The notes beneath the pieces are model-generated. The model was not told where the DNA came from. It saw nothing but the letters and a program-made list of their open reading frames with translations, and did no database searches. From contig JALWOZ010000010.1 of the NCBI GenBank assembly GCA_027083345.1, forward strand, positions 7,301-71,300: a stretch of 64,000 nucleotides of DNA. Reading direction: 5' to 3'. The position numbers were made by a program, and so were the translations under genes. Below are positions 53,836-62,345 of the stretch, one piece after another; the first letter of the stretch is position 1, and each line of letters starts with the position of its first letter. This DNA comes from Candidatus Kaiserbacteria bacterium (GTDB taxonomy: Bacteria; Patescibacteriota; Minisyncoccia; Phycocordibacterales; UBA2100).

Positions 53836-53917
53836 GCCGGAGTGGCGAAATTGGTAGACGCGCACGACTCAAAATCGTGTGAGGCAACTCATGAGGGTTC
53901 AAGTCCCTCCTCCGGCA
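53836..53917 (+). tRNA. tRNA-Leu(CAA)
   Basis: GCCGGAG/CTCCGGC stem, CACGA-CT-CAA-AA-TCGTG arm, long variable arm. Confidence 0.95.
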
Positions 53918-53928
53918 CCGCAACACAA

Positions 53929-54711
53929 TTAAATACCTTCAATAAAAGACCTTAGTATATTATTAAATTCTTTAGGCCTATCTAAATTTGCAAAATGTCC
54001 TGCACCCTTTAACTCAACTAATTTAAAATTATCTTTCTCTTGCCAAGTATTGATAGAACTCTTTATGACCCTATTAATCTCCTTATCCATTTCCCCTCTT
54101 ATTATCGTGGCAGGGATACTAGACTTCTTTATAACTTCTAAATAATTAAAATTTACTAAATGCGGGATTATATTTAAAATAGTCCTCTTTTTTGTTTCTT
54201 TTACCATATCTTTAATCTGTTTTCTTGAATCTTTATTCATTCCAGCTATAGATGCTAAATTCGCAATTGTCTCTATACTAAATAAAACATAAAGTAGCCT
54301 TACAAACTTGATTGTAATTTGTGATTTTGTCAATTGTGCAGTTGTACCAAAAGTAGTAAAAGATAACAACCTGTTGGCATCCTCTTTTAATAACTCATAA
54401 CCTACATTCCCACCTAAAGAATTCCCGACATAGTGCACCTTTTCTATGCCTAATATATTTAAAAGCTTAATTATATCGTCTTTCAACTTAGATAAATCAA
54501 AATCTGATTCTGTTGATTTTGCACAGAACCCTGTATTACCATGACCACGAAGACTTATAGAGATGACTTTATAAGTATCTTGGAAAAAACTATGTTGATT
54601 TTTGAATTGGTTTAAGTTAACGCCTAACCCATGAACAAAAACAATAGCCTCCCTATTCCTCTCTCCTGATAAACAATATTCTAGATTAATCTTCCCTAAG
54701 TTAACTCTCAT
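53929..54711 (-). CDS. Alpha/beta fold hydrolase
   Basis: FVHG, GHG, GNSLGG nucleophile elbow, D and AGH. Confidence 0.9.
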   Translation of the reverse strand: MRVNLGKINLEYCLSGERNREAIVFVHGLGVNLNQFKNQHSFFQDTYKVISISLRGHGNTGFCAKSTESDFDLSKLKDDIIKLLNILGIEKVHYVGNSLGGNVGYELLKEDANRLLSFTTFGTTAQLTKSQITIKFVRLLYVLFSIETIANLASIAGMNKDSRKQIKDMVKETKKRTILNIIPHLVNFNYLEVIKKSSIPATIIRGEMDKEINRVIKSSINTWQEKDNFKLVELKGAGHFANLDRPKEFNNILRSFIEGI

Positions 54712-54734
54712 AATATACCAACCCGGTTAATATA

Positions 54735-56318
54735 TTATTTTACAGTGATATTCCCCATTATTTTTGGATCTGCACCCTTTTGTTGCAATAAAATGGGAAA
54801 ATCTCCAACTTTGTCTGCCTTAAATACAATCACTCTATCATTACCAGATGAAAACTTAGTCTGTACTTTGAAATCTTTAATCAATATTTTTGAAACTCCT
54901 TCATGAGATCTATACCGTAAGGTTATTGTGTCGTTCAGTGCAACAATTAAAGAAGAGGGACTCAAAATATTTTTATCACCAATTAAAGTAAATTCTTTTT
55001 GCCCTTTAACTACAGGTGTTGCCACGGCGTCGCCTCCTATAAGATCTTTATTCTCATTAGTAATAAAAGGAATTGGGTCTCCATTATCATCTCCTAAAGT
55101 AATATCCTTATTAAAGATATTCTCTCCTGCAAAATTCATAAAAATACCATTTTGTGTGTCAGCCTGAGCATCAAAAAACAGCTCTCCATCATCTGAATCT
55201 GATATCCTCAAATACAAATGAGATGAAGGCGAAGATTGTAAAGACGTCTTTATATATGTACCTATCCTAGGTATAAAAAATACCAAAGATACGATTATAT
55301 AACTTAAGGCCATCATCCACACGACTCCCATACTTATAGCGAGTGTTGCATTAATTTTTGTTTTTAAAAAGACTAACCACTTACCAATCATAAAGATAAA
55401 CAATAATGGGACTATTATGAGAGTATACAAACTCATAGCTAGCAACAATAATACGTTCTTAGAGAAGATATCTGCAAACAACTGCTGAGTTGCGACATCC
55501 ATGTCTACCACAAACCCTCCACTAAATATAGCCATTAGTACCATTGTAAGTATGATCATAACTAACCCAGTAATAAACATTGTTAAGAATCCAATAAATT
55601 TACGAGCAAATACAAAAAGAGCCTGTAATGTATACAATCCATTAGTACTTATCTCTTCTCCATTCTTACGACCCCGTTTAAAAAGATATTTCCCTAAGAA
55701 ACTTTTGGTTCTCTCTTTAGAATCTTCCGGAATATCATTTAACCTATCTTTTACATAACTTTTAACAGATTCAAGATTTACACTATCACCATACATGGCC
55801 ATCTTCTCTGACTGTGTCTTTGCTTTGGGAACTGCCATCCATAATACAATATATACCCAAAACCCAATAGAACTAAAGAGTAATGAAATTAAAAATAATA
55901 TACGAACTATCACTACATCCACACTAAAATATTTTGCAAGTCCACTTGCCACACCAGCTACCAATCCATCATCTCCGTCTCTATACAAACGTTTTTTATT
56001 GCTAGATTTTTTAGAAGCATCTTTATATGTACTCCCCTCTGACTCATCTGCTGTACGTAAATCTTCTATTGAACCTAATTCTTCTATAACATGCTCAACA
56101 TCCTGCACTGTAATAGCCTTATTAACACTCTTATCACATGTAAGCATCTTCTCTGCAATCCCAGATTCAATGTCTTTTATTATCTCATCACTCAACTCTT
56201 TATCTGTATCTTGAAAATAATGTGTAATATCTGTAATGTACGTCTTTAGTATTTGATATGCATCTTCTTCTATTGAAAAAGTGATACCAGAAAGTGTAAT
56301 TTGTTTTGCATTTTTCAT
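54735..56318 (-). CDS. PspC-domain membrane protein with an extracellular C-terminal beta domain
   Basis: DIESGIAE N-terminus, LYRD...AGVASGLAKYF...YIVLWMAVP (PspC), further TMs. Confidence 0.85.
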   Translation of the reverse strand: MKNAKQITLSGITFSIEEDAYQILKTYITDITHYFQDTDKELSDEIIKDIESGIAEKMLTCDKSVNKAITVQDVEHVIEELGSIEDLRTADESEGSTYKDASKKSSNKKRLYRDGDDGLVAGVASGLAKYFSVDVVIVRILFLISLLFSSIGFWVYIVLWMAVPKAKTQSEKMAMYGDSVNLESVKSYVKDRLNDIPEDSKERTKSFLGKYLFKRGRKNGEEISTNGLYTLQALFVFARKFIGFLTMFITGLVMIILTMVLMAIFSGGFVVDMDVATQQLFADIFSKNVLLLLAMSLYTLIIVPLLFIFMIGKWLVFLKTKINATLAISMGVVWMMALSYIIVSLVFFIPRIGTYIKTSLQSSPSSHLYLRISDSDDGELFFDAQADTQNGIFMNFAGENIFNKDITLGDDNGDPIPFITNENKDLIGGDAVATPVVKGQKEFTLIGDKNILSPSSLIVALNDTITLRYRSHEGVSKILIKDFKVQTKFSSGNDRVIVFKADKVGDFPILLQQKGADPKIMGNITVK

Positions 56319-56320
56319 AA

Positions 56321-56665
56321 TTATTTTATGGTTACATTATTAATAGATTTTTGTAATTCTTTCCATGTCTTTTGTAAATCGCTAAGTACCTGTATACCCA
56401 ATTTTGTAATTTTATAATACTTTCTTGGAGGTCCATATTTTGACTCCCTCCAAGAATGTTCTAATAATCCCTCGTTTTTCAACCTAGTTAACAATGGATA
56501 GAGAGTGCCCTCAACTACAATAAGATTTGCTTTTTTAAGATCAATAAGTAAATCTGAAGAGTACATCTCACCTTTACTAACACTTAGCAATACTACAAAA
56601 CTCAAAAGACCTTTACGCATTTGCAAACGTTTTGTATTTAACATTTCTTTCTTTTTATTTACCAT
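56321..56665 (-). CDS. PadR-family transcriptional regulator
   Basis: QMRKGLL, EGTLYPLLTRL, GPPRKYYKIT. Confidence 0.93.
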   Translation of the reverse strand: MVNKKKEMLNTKRLQMRKGLLSFVVLLSVSKGEMYSSDLLIDLKKANLIVVEGTLYPLLTRLKNEGLLEHSWRESKYGPPRKYYKITKLGIQVLSDLQKTWKELQKSINNVTIK

Positions 56666-56785
56666 AGGTACAATATATCATACGCTACTATGTAATGCAA
56701 GCTACCCACCGCACAGCTGCTACCAGACTAGTAGTACCGGCATTTTTATGATAAATTGATTACATAGTTATAACTTCAATTTATT

Positions 56786-57805
56786 ATGACTCATGAGATA
56801 CCTAACATAAGCACAAACAATAACTCCAATAGCAAGAAAGAGTTATTAAGCCACATACGTCCTAATAAGGTCCTTGAAAGTACCCTCAAATCTCTAAACA
56901 ATAAAATCCTTATCGATATATATAATGAATACCTAATAAAGTCAGGTGTCCCCAATAATATAGACAACTATATTTACTCTGATGCCATCAAGCCAATGGA
57001 ATCTTCTAAAAAACACCCATTAGGACTATATACAGAACACCATATTATAGAATTAAGCATAGACAACATTCATAAATCTGCAAAATCTCTATATGACGAC
57101 TTTTTAAAACCAAACTTTATTGTACGTGCACAAACTAAAAAAGAAGTTATGAACAAGATAATACGTATCCGTATACTAGAAACCATAATACATGAGAATA
57201 CGCATGCAATAGCTCGTCAATATAATTGTCCACCTATTCAAACAGACCTCGACAAAGTTGAATCTCACTTTCACACTGGTTTTCTCTCTAACATCAAATA
57301 TAAAAACAAGTACAATATAAAATTTAATATAAAACACTATGAAGAAATTAATGAGGGAGTAACTCAATTAATTACTGAACGGATACTAAAAGAATATCTA
57401 CGCAGGACAGGGCAAGCTGGAAAAATAGAGAAGGCGTATCTGTCTATACCAGTAGCTAAGAGAGGTGGATATGAACACTATATACTAAGTATACAATATT
57501 ATATAATATTCATCTCAGCCCTATCTGATATACCACCAGACATCGTTGAAACTTCTATAATAAAAGCATATCTACGTGGTGATGAATTGATACCAAATGA
57601 AGTATTGATAGAATTCTCAGAACTTATAAAGCTAGACGAATTTCTATCCCTCAGAGACAACATAAGAAAATTGGAGGATCCTGATAAGTTTAAAAGTGAA
57701 ATAATAGACATATTAAGGAAACTACCTCGAGAGAAATATAACAATGCTAAAGATAAACTAAATACTATTATATCCACACATTATGGATATAGCGGAACTC
57801 GCTAA
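56786..57805 (+). CDS. Hypothetical protein with a zincin HExxH motif
   Basis: IIHENTHA plus downstream NEGVTQ (gluzincin-like third ligand). Confidence 0.6.
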   Translation: MTHEIPNISTNNNSNSKKELLSHIRPNKVLESTLKSLNNKILIDIYNEYLIKSGVPNNIDNYIYSDAIKPMESSKKHPLGLYTEHHIIELSIDNIHKSAKSLYDDFLKPNFIVRAQTKKEVMNKIIRIRILETIIHENTHAIARQYNCPPIQTDLDKVESHFHTGFLSNIKYKNKYNIKFNIKHYEEINEGVTQLITERILKEYLRRTGQAGKIEKAYLSIPVAKRGGYEHYILSIQYYIIFISALSDIPPDIVETSIIKAYLRGDELIPNEVLIEFSELIKLDEFLSLRDNIRKLEDPDKFKSEIIDILRKLPREKYNNAKDKLNTIISTHYGYSGTR

Positions 57806-57834
57806 CTCAAAAGCACTATATTATTTTGCTTCAT

Positions 57835-58467
57835 TTAAATCTTCCCCACCAAGTCTAACCCTGGCTCTAAAGTGTCGTCTCCTGCTTGCCAACTAGCTGG
57901 GCATACTTTGCCGTCATGCTCAGCAACAAATTTGGAAGCTTGTAGCTTGCGGAGTAGCTCCTTAGCGCTCCTACCTATTGAGTTGTCATTGACCTCTGCT
58001 AGCACTATCTTGCCCTCTGGGTTGACTACGAATGTACCGCGCAATGCCAAGCCTTCATCTGGTATAAGCACACCGAAGCTCTCGGAGAGCATATGGTTGG
58101 CGTCGCTTGCCATCGGGTACTCTATCTTGCCTATCGCTGGTGAGCTGTCGTGCCATGCTTTATGGCAGAAAGCTGTGTCTGTAGAGACAGAGATAATCTC
58201 TGCTCCCTCCTTCTTAAACGCTTCATAATACTCTTGCATCTCCTCAAGCTCTGTAGGGCACACAAAAGTAAAGTCCGCCGGGTAGAAGAAGAGTATAAGC
58301 CATTTATCTCTAAAGTCCTCAATAGTTACTTTGTGTATGTCTTCCTCCCCTCCTGGATTAAATACCTCAAACTCAAAGTTAGGTACAGAATCTCCCACAT
58401 GTAGTGGCCCGTGCGCAAAATCTAATACTCCTCTCTCGTCGTTATTCATCACACAACTATCACACAT
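57835..58467 (-). CDS. ahpC: 2-Cys peroxiredoxin (AhpC)
   Basis: FYPADFTFVCPTE, VCPA. Confidence 0.95.
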   Translation of the reverse strand: MCDSCVMNNDERGVLDFAHGPLHVGDSVPNFEFEVFNPGGEEDIHKVTIEDFRDKWLILFFYPADFTFVCPTELEEMQEYYEAFKKEGAEIISVSTDTAFCHKAWHDSSPAIGKIEYPMASDANHMLSESFGVLIPDEGLALRGTFVVNPEGKIVLAEVNDNSIGRSAKELLRKLQASKFVAEHDGKVCPASWQAGDDTLEPGLDLVGKI

Positions 58468-58505
58468 AATATTTTATTTACTTTATTAACTATATTTTAA
58501 GATTT

Positions 58506-59066
58506 TTATTGTATCACACTTTTCTCATAGCCCTCATAATAGTATGACTGCTCTATACCCTTAAATATCACCTCTCTATCATCAACATCTGCTGTTAAGT
58601 TATCTAAAAGTAATGTTCTTATTTCTAAGTCGTTGATAGTGCTACGTTCCATTGCTTGTAAGTAAAGCTCCTTGTCTACATGCTGCCAATTCACCACTTT
58701 ACAAAGTCTATTCTTTAAAATCATGTCCAGCCATATGCGCATAGTCCTACCATTACCCTCAGCAAACGAATGGGCAATGTTCATCTCTACATACTTTGCA
58801 ACTATCTCCTCAAAAGTACCCTCTGGCATAGATTCAATCTTTGGTAATATATCATCAAGGTACAACACATTCGCAAAGCGGAACCCGCCTTTAGATATGT
58901 TCACTTCACGAATCTCCCCTGCAAAATCATATAGTCCATCAAAAAGATATTTATGTATATCTTTGAGTCCTTTTACAGTACCGACTTCTATTTTATTTAT
59001 ATCACTCAACTCAAATAATCTGTAGGCATTCTCCAAGCTCTTCCTGTCTATTTCTTGTGTGTCCAT
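58506..59066 (-). CDS. Fic-family protein adenylyltransferase
   Basis: [12 protein letters not shown] Fic motif; C-terminal SYYYEG inhibitory-helix motif (class III-like). Confidence 0.9.
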   Translation of the reverse strand: MDTQEIDRKSLENAYRLFELSDINKIEVGTVKGLKDIHKYLFDGLYDFAGEIREVNISKGGFRFANVLYLDDILPKIESMPEGTFEEIVAKYVEMNIAHSFAEGNGRTMRIWLDMILKNRLCKVVNWQHVDKELYLQAMERSTINDLEIRTLLLDNLTADVDDREVIFKGIEQSYYYEGYEKSVIQ

Positions 59067-59121
59067 GCTTTTACATTATACCATTTTAGGCTTGTATATG
59101 CTACTGTAATTAAATAATATT

Positions 59122-60087
59122 ATGTCAAAAAAGACTATAAAACCAAAGATAATCATCCTGGTAGGACAGACAGCCAGTGGGAAGACGAGTACTGCCATAG
59201 AGCTAGCTAAAGCTATTGATGGCGAGGTTATCTCTGCAGATTCCCGTCAAGTATACAAGCATCTCAATATTGGCTCAGACAAGATTACTAAAGAGCAAAT
59301 GCAAGGTATACCTCATCACCTACTTGATGTAGCAGACCCGTTAAGACAGACTTATACGGTAAGTAATTTTGTAGACGATGCAACTAAGGCCATACAGAAA
59401 ATAAAAAATCGAGGGAAAGTGCCTATAGTTGCCGGTGGCACTATGCTCTACATTGATGCACTACTAGGCAATGTACTTGTACCAGAGGTAGAACCAAACC
59501 ATGCATTGCGTAAAAAGCTAAATAGCAGAACTGCTGAGGAGCTCTACTCCGAGCTCAAAGCCAAAGACCCTCGCCGAGCTAAGCAGATGATAACAGAAGG
59601 ACAAGACTCTAACCCCCGCCGACTCATACGTGCTCTAGAGATTGTTGCCAAACTTGGGCAAGTACCGAGACCTCAGGATAACGACTCGATTGAGAATCCT
59701 TTATCAGGATTTGATGTACTATGGACAGGCTTGCACAATGAGCTATCTATACAAAAAGAAAAGATAAATAAACGCAACGCAAAGATGCTAAAAGATGGAC
59801 TACTTGACGAAGTTAAGGGACTTATAGATATGGGAGTAACACAGGAGCAATTTGATACATTTGGCTTTGAGTACAAGTACCCTGCTATGTATCTATTTGG
59901 TATACCTATCATAAAAGATGAGCCACCAACCCTTGAGCAAGTATTAATGAAAATGAACAGTAGCACCTGGCGCTACGCAAAAAAGCAACGAGCATGGTGG
60001 AGTGATAGAGATAAGATTACTTGGTTTAAAGCAGAAGAGCGTATTGCATTCATAAATAAAGTAGAAAATTTTATTAAGAACAAATAA
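59122..60087 (+). CDS. miaA: tRNA dimethylallyltransferase
   Basis: GQTASGKT, ISADSRQVY, PHHLLD, GGTMLY, RLIRALE. Confidence 0.95.
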   Translation: MSKKTIKPKIIILVGQTASGKTSTAIELAKAIDGEVISADSRQVYKHLNIGSDKITKEQMQGIPHHLLDVADPLRQTYTVSNFVDDATKAIQKIKNRGKVPIVAGGTMLYIDALLGNVLVPEVEPNHALRKKLNSRTAEELYSELKAKDPRRAKQMITEGQDSNPRRLIRALEIVAKLGQVPRPQDNDSIENPLSGFDVLWTGLHNELSIQKEKINKRNAKMLKDGLLDEVKGLIDMGVTQEQFDTFGFEYKYPAMYLFGIPIIKDEPPTLEQVLMKMNSSTWRYAKKQRAWWSDRDKITWFKAEERIAFINKVENFIKNK

Positions 60088-60091
60088 ATTA

Positions 60092-60640
60092 TCATTTATG
60101 CACGTACCTCTCTTTTATAACTTGTATAAACTCTTTAACAAGGGGTGTAACCTCCTCTTCTATAAACTTTACTCTTTCTTCAACAGATAGTCCCGGACCT
60201 CCTGCCCTCTCTGGGACTATAATTTCTTGAGTATATTTGTCTAATAACCTGTCCTTCTTAACTCCCAGCTCTCTCCTCTTGTCTAGATCGTATTCGTCTT
60301 TATCTAATTGTACCAATATGATCCCTAGTGCTGTAAATATACCACTAATACTATTACCTCTTAAAAGATTTTGCTCATATATTTTGCGATCTTCTTGTGA
60401 GAGACTATCTCTCCACTCTCTCCTCTCTTTATGATTCTTAAATACCCCAACCTTATCTATAATAAATGGATATGTATAAACCTCAGCTATAACCTCTAAA
60501 GCACTTAATGTCATTTTAGGCACGCTCGCAAACAAACTTAAATCCAAAGACAATAAATTTTGATGTCTCGCTTCTTTAACTACTTCTACGAGAGGTAGTA
60601 TTTTATTTTGCCGTTCTTTAGACCCAAAACTCTCTTCCAT
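60092..60640 (-). CDS. Hypothetical protein
   Basis: Open frame; ATG 60640 preceded by TATAAT; the longer start would overlap tRNA-Trp. Confidence 0.6.
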   Translation of the reverse strand: MEESFGSKERQNKILPLVEVVKEARHQNLLSLDLSLFASVPKMTLSALEVIAEVYTYPFIIDKVGVFKNHKERREWRDSLSQEDRKIYEQNLLRGNSISGIFTALGIILVQLDKDEYDLDKRRELGVKKDRLLDKYTQEIIVPERAGGPGLSVEERVKFIEEEVTPLVKEFIQVIKERYVHK

Positions 60641-60685
60641 ATACTTAATATTATAACATGATAAATTTAGCTTTTTTATTTTCTG

Positions 60686-60758
60686 CAGGGGTAGCCGGAC
60701 TCGAACCGACGACACATGGCTTTGGAGACCATTGCTCTACCAACTGAGCTATACCCCT
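60686..60758 (-). tRNA. tRNA-Trp(CCA)
   Basis: AGGGGTA/TACCCCT stem, ATGGT-CT-CCA-AA-GCCAT arm. Confidence 0.95.
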
Positions 60759-60820
60759 ATATTACGCACTACCTTTAATAGCAATACGTGTGGCAAAATA
60801 GTACCACAATATGCCAAATA

Positions 60821-60843
60821 AAAAAGCACCTAATAGGTGCTTT
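60821..60843 (-). terminator. Probable terminator after rpmG
   Basis: AAAGCACCT-AAT-AGGTGCTTT hairpin with a U-run on the minus strand. Confidence 0.65.
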
Positions 60844-60863
60844 AAACAATATAATTTATCAAA

Positions 60864-61025
60864 TTACTTCTTCATCTCTTTGTGCTCTGTCTTTACTTTA
60901 CAGCGAGAACAAAACTTACTTAAACTAAGCTTTTCAAGATTCTCACCTTTAATACGCCTTGTTGTGCGGTAGTTAATCTCCTTACACTTAGCACATTGCA
61001 TTTTTTTAACTTTATCTTGTGACAT
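60864..61025 (-). CDS. rpmG: 50S ribosomal protein L33 (Zn-ribbon type), not in the ORF track
   Basis: Translated by hand: MSQDKVKKMQCAKCKEINYRTTRRIKGENLEKLSLSKFCSRCKVKTEHKEMKK. Confidence 0.93.
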   Translation of the reverse strand: MSQDKVKKMQCAKCKEINYRTTRRIKGENLEKLSLSKFCSRCKVKTEHKEMKK

Positions 61026-61078
61026 AATATATTTATTTGAGCGCCAGTATAGCCTAATTATAAATATTACGCAATACC

Positions 61079-61771
61079 TTAAAATCCTCCACCGGTTACA
61101 AACCCATTCCTATCTCCGGTAACATCACCTTGCCCTCTGGGATCATTTTGGAAATTCTCAAATAAATTCCTAAGTTCATTCACAGCACTATTATTCGTAT
61201 CGCCAGAGTCTGCATTTTGTACATCAGGAACATTACTCAATTCGTCAGTAGGTACATCAAAATTGTTTGGTGAACCACTATTAAGTCCCGGTATCTCACC
61301 TCCTACTTGAGTATCGGCTTGCTCGCACCCTACAATCTTATTCCAATCACCTTCGTAGCCTAATCCATTAGCTACATTCGTCATTATAGCATTAACTATG
61401 AGCCACGCTGCCAAAACTCCAATAATACCAAACATCGTCCTACGAAAGACATTCAACGCTGATTTCACCTTATTATTGTTACCATTATTGGTTAAAAATA
61501 AGAATCCAGAATAAGAGAACATGATAGCCGTAAGCAAAACAGCTAAGTATATAAAGTATTGCACAATATTCCCTATCATTTGCACAAAGGTGCACCAATT
61601 GCAGGGTATGCCTCCATTCTCATTGCCTATACCTGTACATGAGACTATGTGAGCATTGCTAGGTGCGGTCTGCAATTGCGCATAAGCAACATCAACATAA
61701 GCCCATAAAAACATAATCAACATCAACAACGCAAATATAGACAATCTTATTATACTCTTCTTTAATAACAT
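61079..61771 (-). CDS. TrbC/VirB2-like pilin-type membrane protein
   Basis: Signal peptide (AYA-Q), C..C..C motif, two TMs (SGFLFL...GIIGVLAAWLIVNAI); start at MLLKKS. Confidence 0.65.
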   Translation of the reverse strand: MLLKKSIIRLSIFALLMLIMFLWAYVDVAYAQLQTAPSNAHIVSCTGIGNENGGIPCNWCTFVQMIGNIVQYFIYLAVLLTAIMFSYSGFLFLTNNGNNNKVKSALNVFRRTMFGIIGVLAAWLIVNAIMTNVANGLGYEGDWNKIVGCEQADTQVGGEIPGLNSGSPNNFDVPTDELSNVPDVQNADSGDTNNSAVNELRNLFENFQNDPRGQGDVTGDRNGFVTGGGF

Positions 61772-61808
61772 TGTTGTAATAATACCATTGCTGATGTAAA
61801 GTACAAAC

Positions 61809-62345
61809 ATGGTAAAAATAACAAAAGATGGAGACAAGATATTAAGAGAGGTTGCAGAGCCACTTAATATAGATGCCATACGATCTAGAGAAACTCAAAA
61901 GATTTTAAAAGACATGTCAGAGGCTCTAAACTCCGAGAAATTTGGAGTAGCTATAGCTGCACCGCAAATAGGAGTACCTTTACGCATATTTGTAGTCGCC
62001 GGCAAAATCTTTAATAAAAAAGATAATACGCAAAAGGCAGATGGCATATTCATAAACCCTATAATACTAAAAAGGTCTAAAAAGATGCAAGAGTCGCACG
62101 AGTCTTGCCTATCTATACAAGGTCGCCCACCTGAGCAAGGCCCGGATGTGGCAGGAGTTGTACTCCGCCCAGAGAAGATGAAAATAAGCTATTATAATGA
62201 AAAGGGAGAGAAGAAGGAGTACGGAGCTAGTGGCTTTTTATCAGCTATATTTGACCACGAGATAGACCATCTAAATGGCACTCTCTTTATAGACAAGACT
62301 ATAAACGTGTGGGAAATAGACAAAGACTTTAATAAGGTGTCCTAA
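61809..62345 (+). CDS. def: Peptide deformylase
   Basis: GVAIAAPQIG, ESCLS, HEIDHLNG. Confidence 0.92.
   Translation: MVKITKDGDKILREVAEPLNIDAIRSRETQKILKDMSEALNSEKFGVAIAAPQIGVPLRIFVVAGKIFNKKDNTQKADGIFINPIILKRSKKMQESHESCLSIQGRPPEQGPDVAGVVLRPEKMKISYYNEKGEKKEYGASGFLSAIFDHEIDHLNGTLFIDKTINVWEIDKDFNKVS

Noticed and set aside
53572-53868. Group I intron with a homing endonuclease in the tRNA-Leu anticodon loop
   Set aside because: The downstream tRNA is complete, and only about 24 nt of non-coding sequence is available, so there is no room for a ribozyme core.
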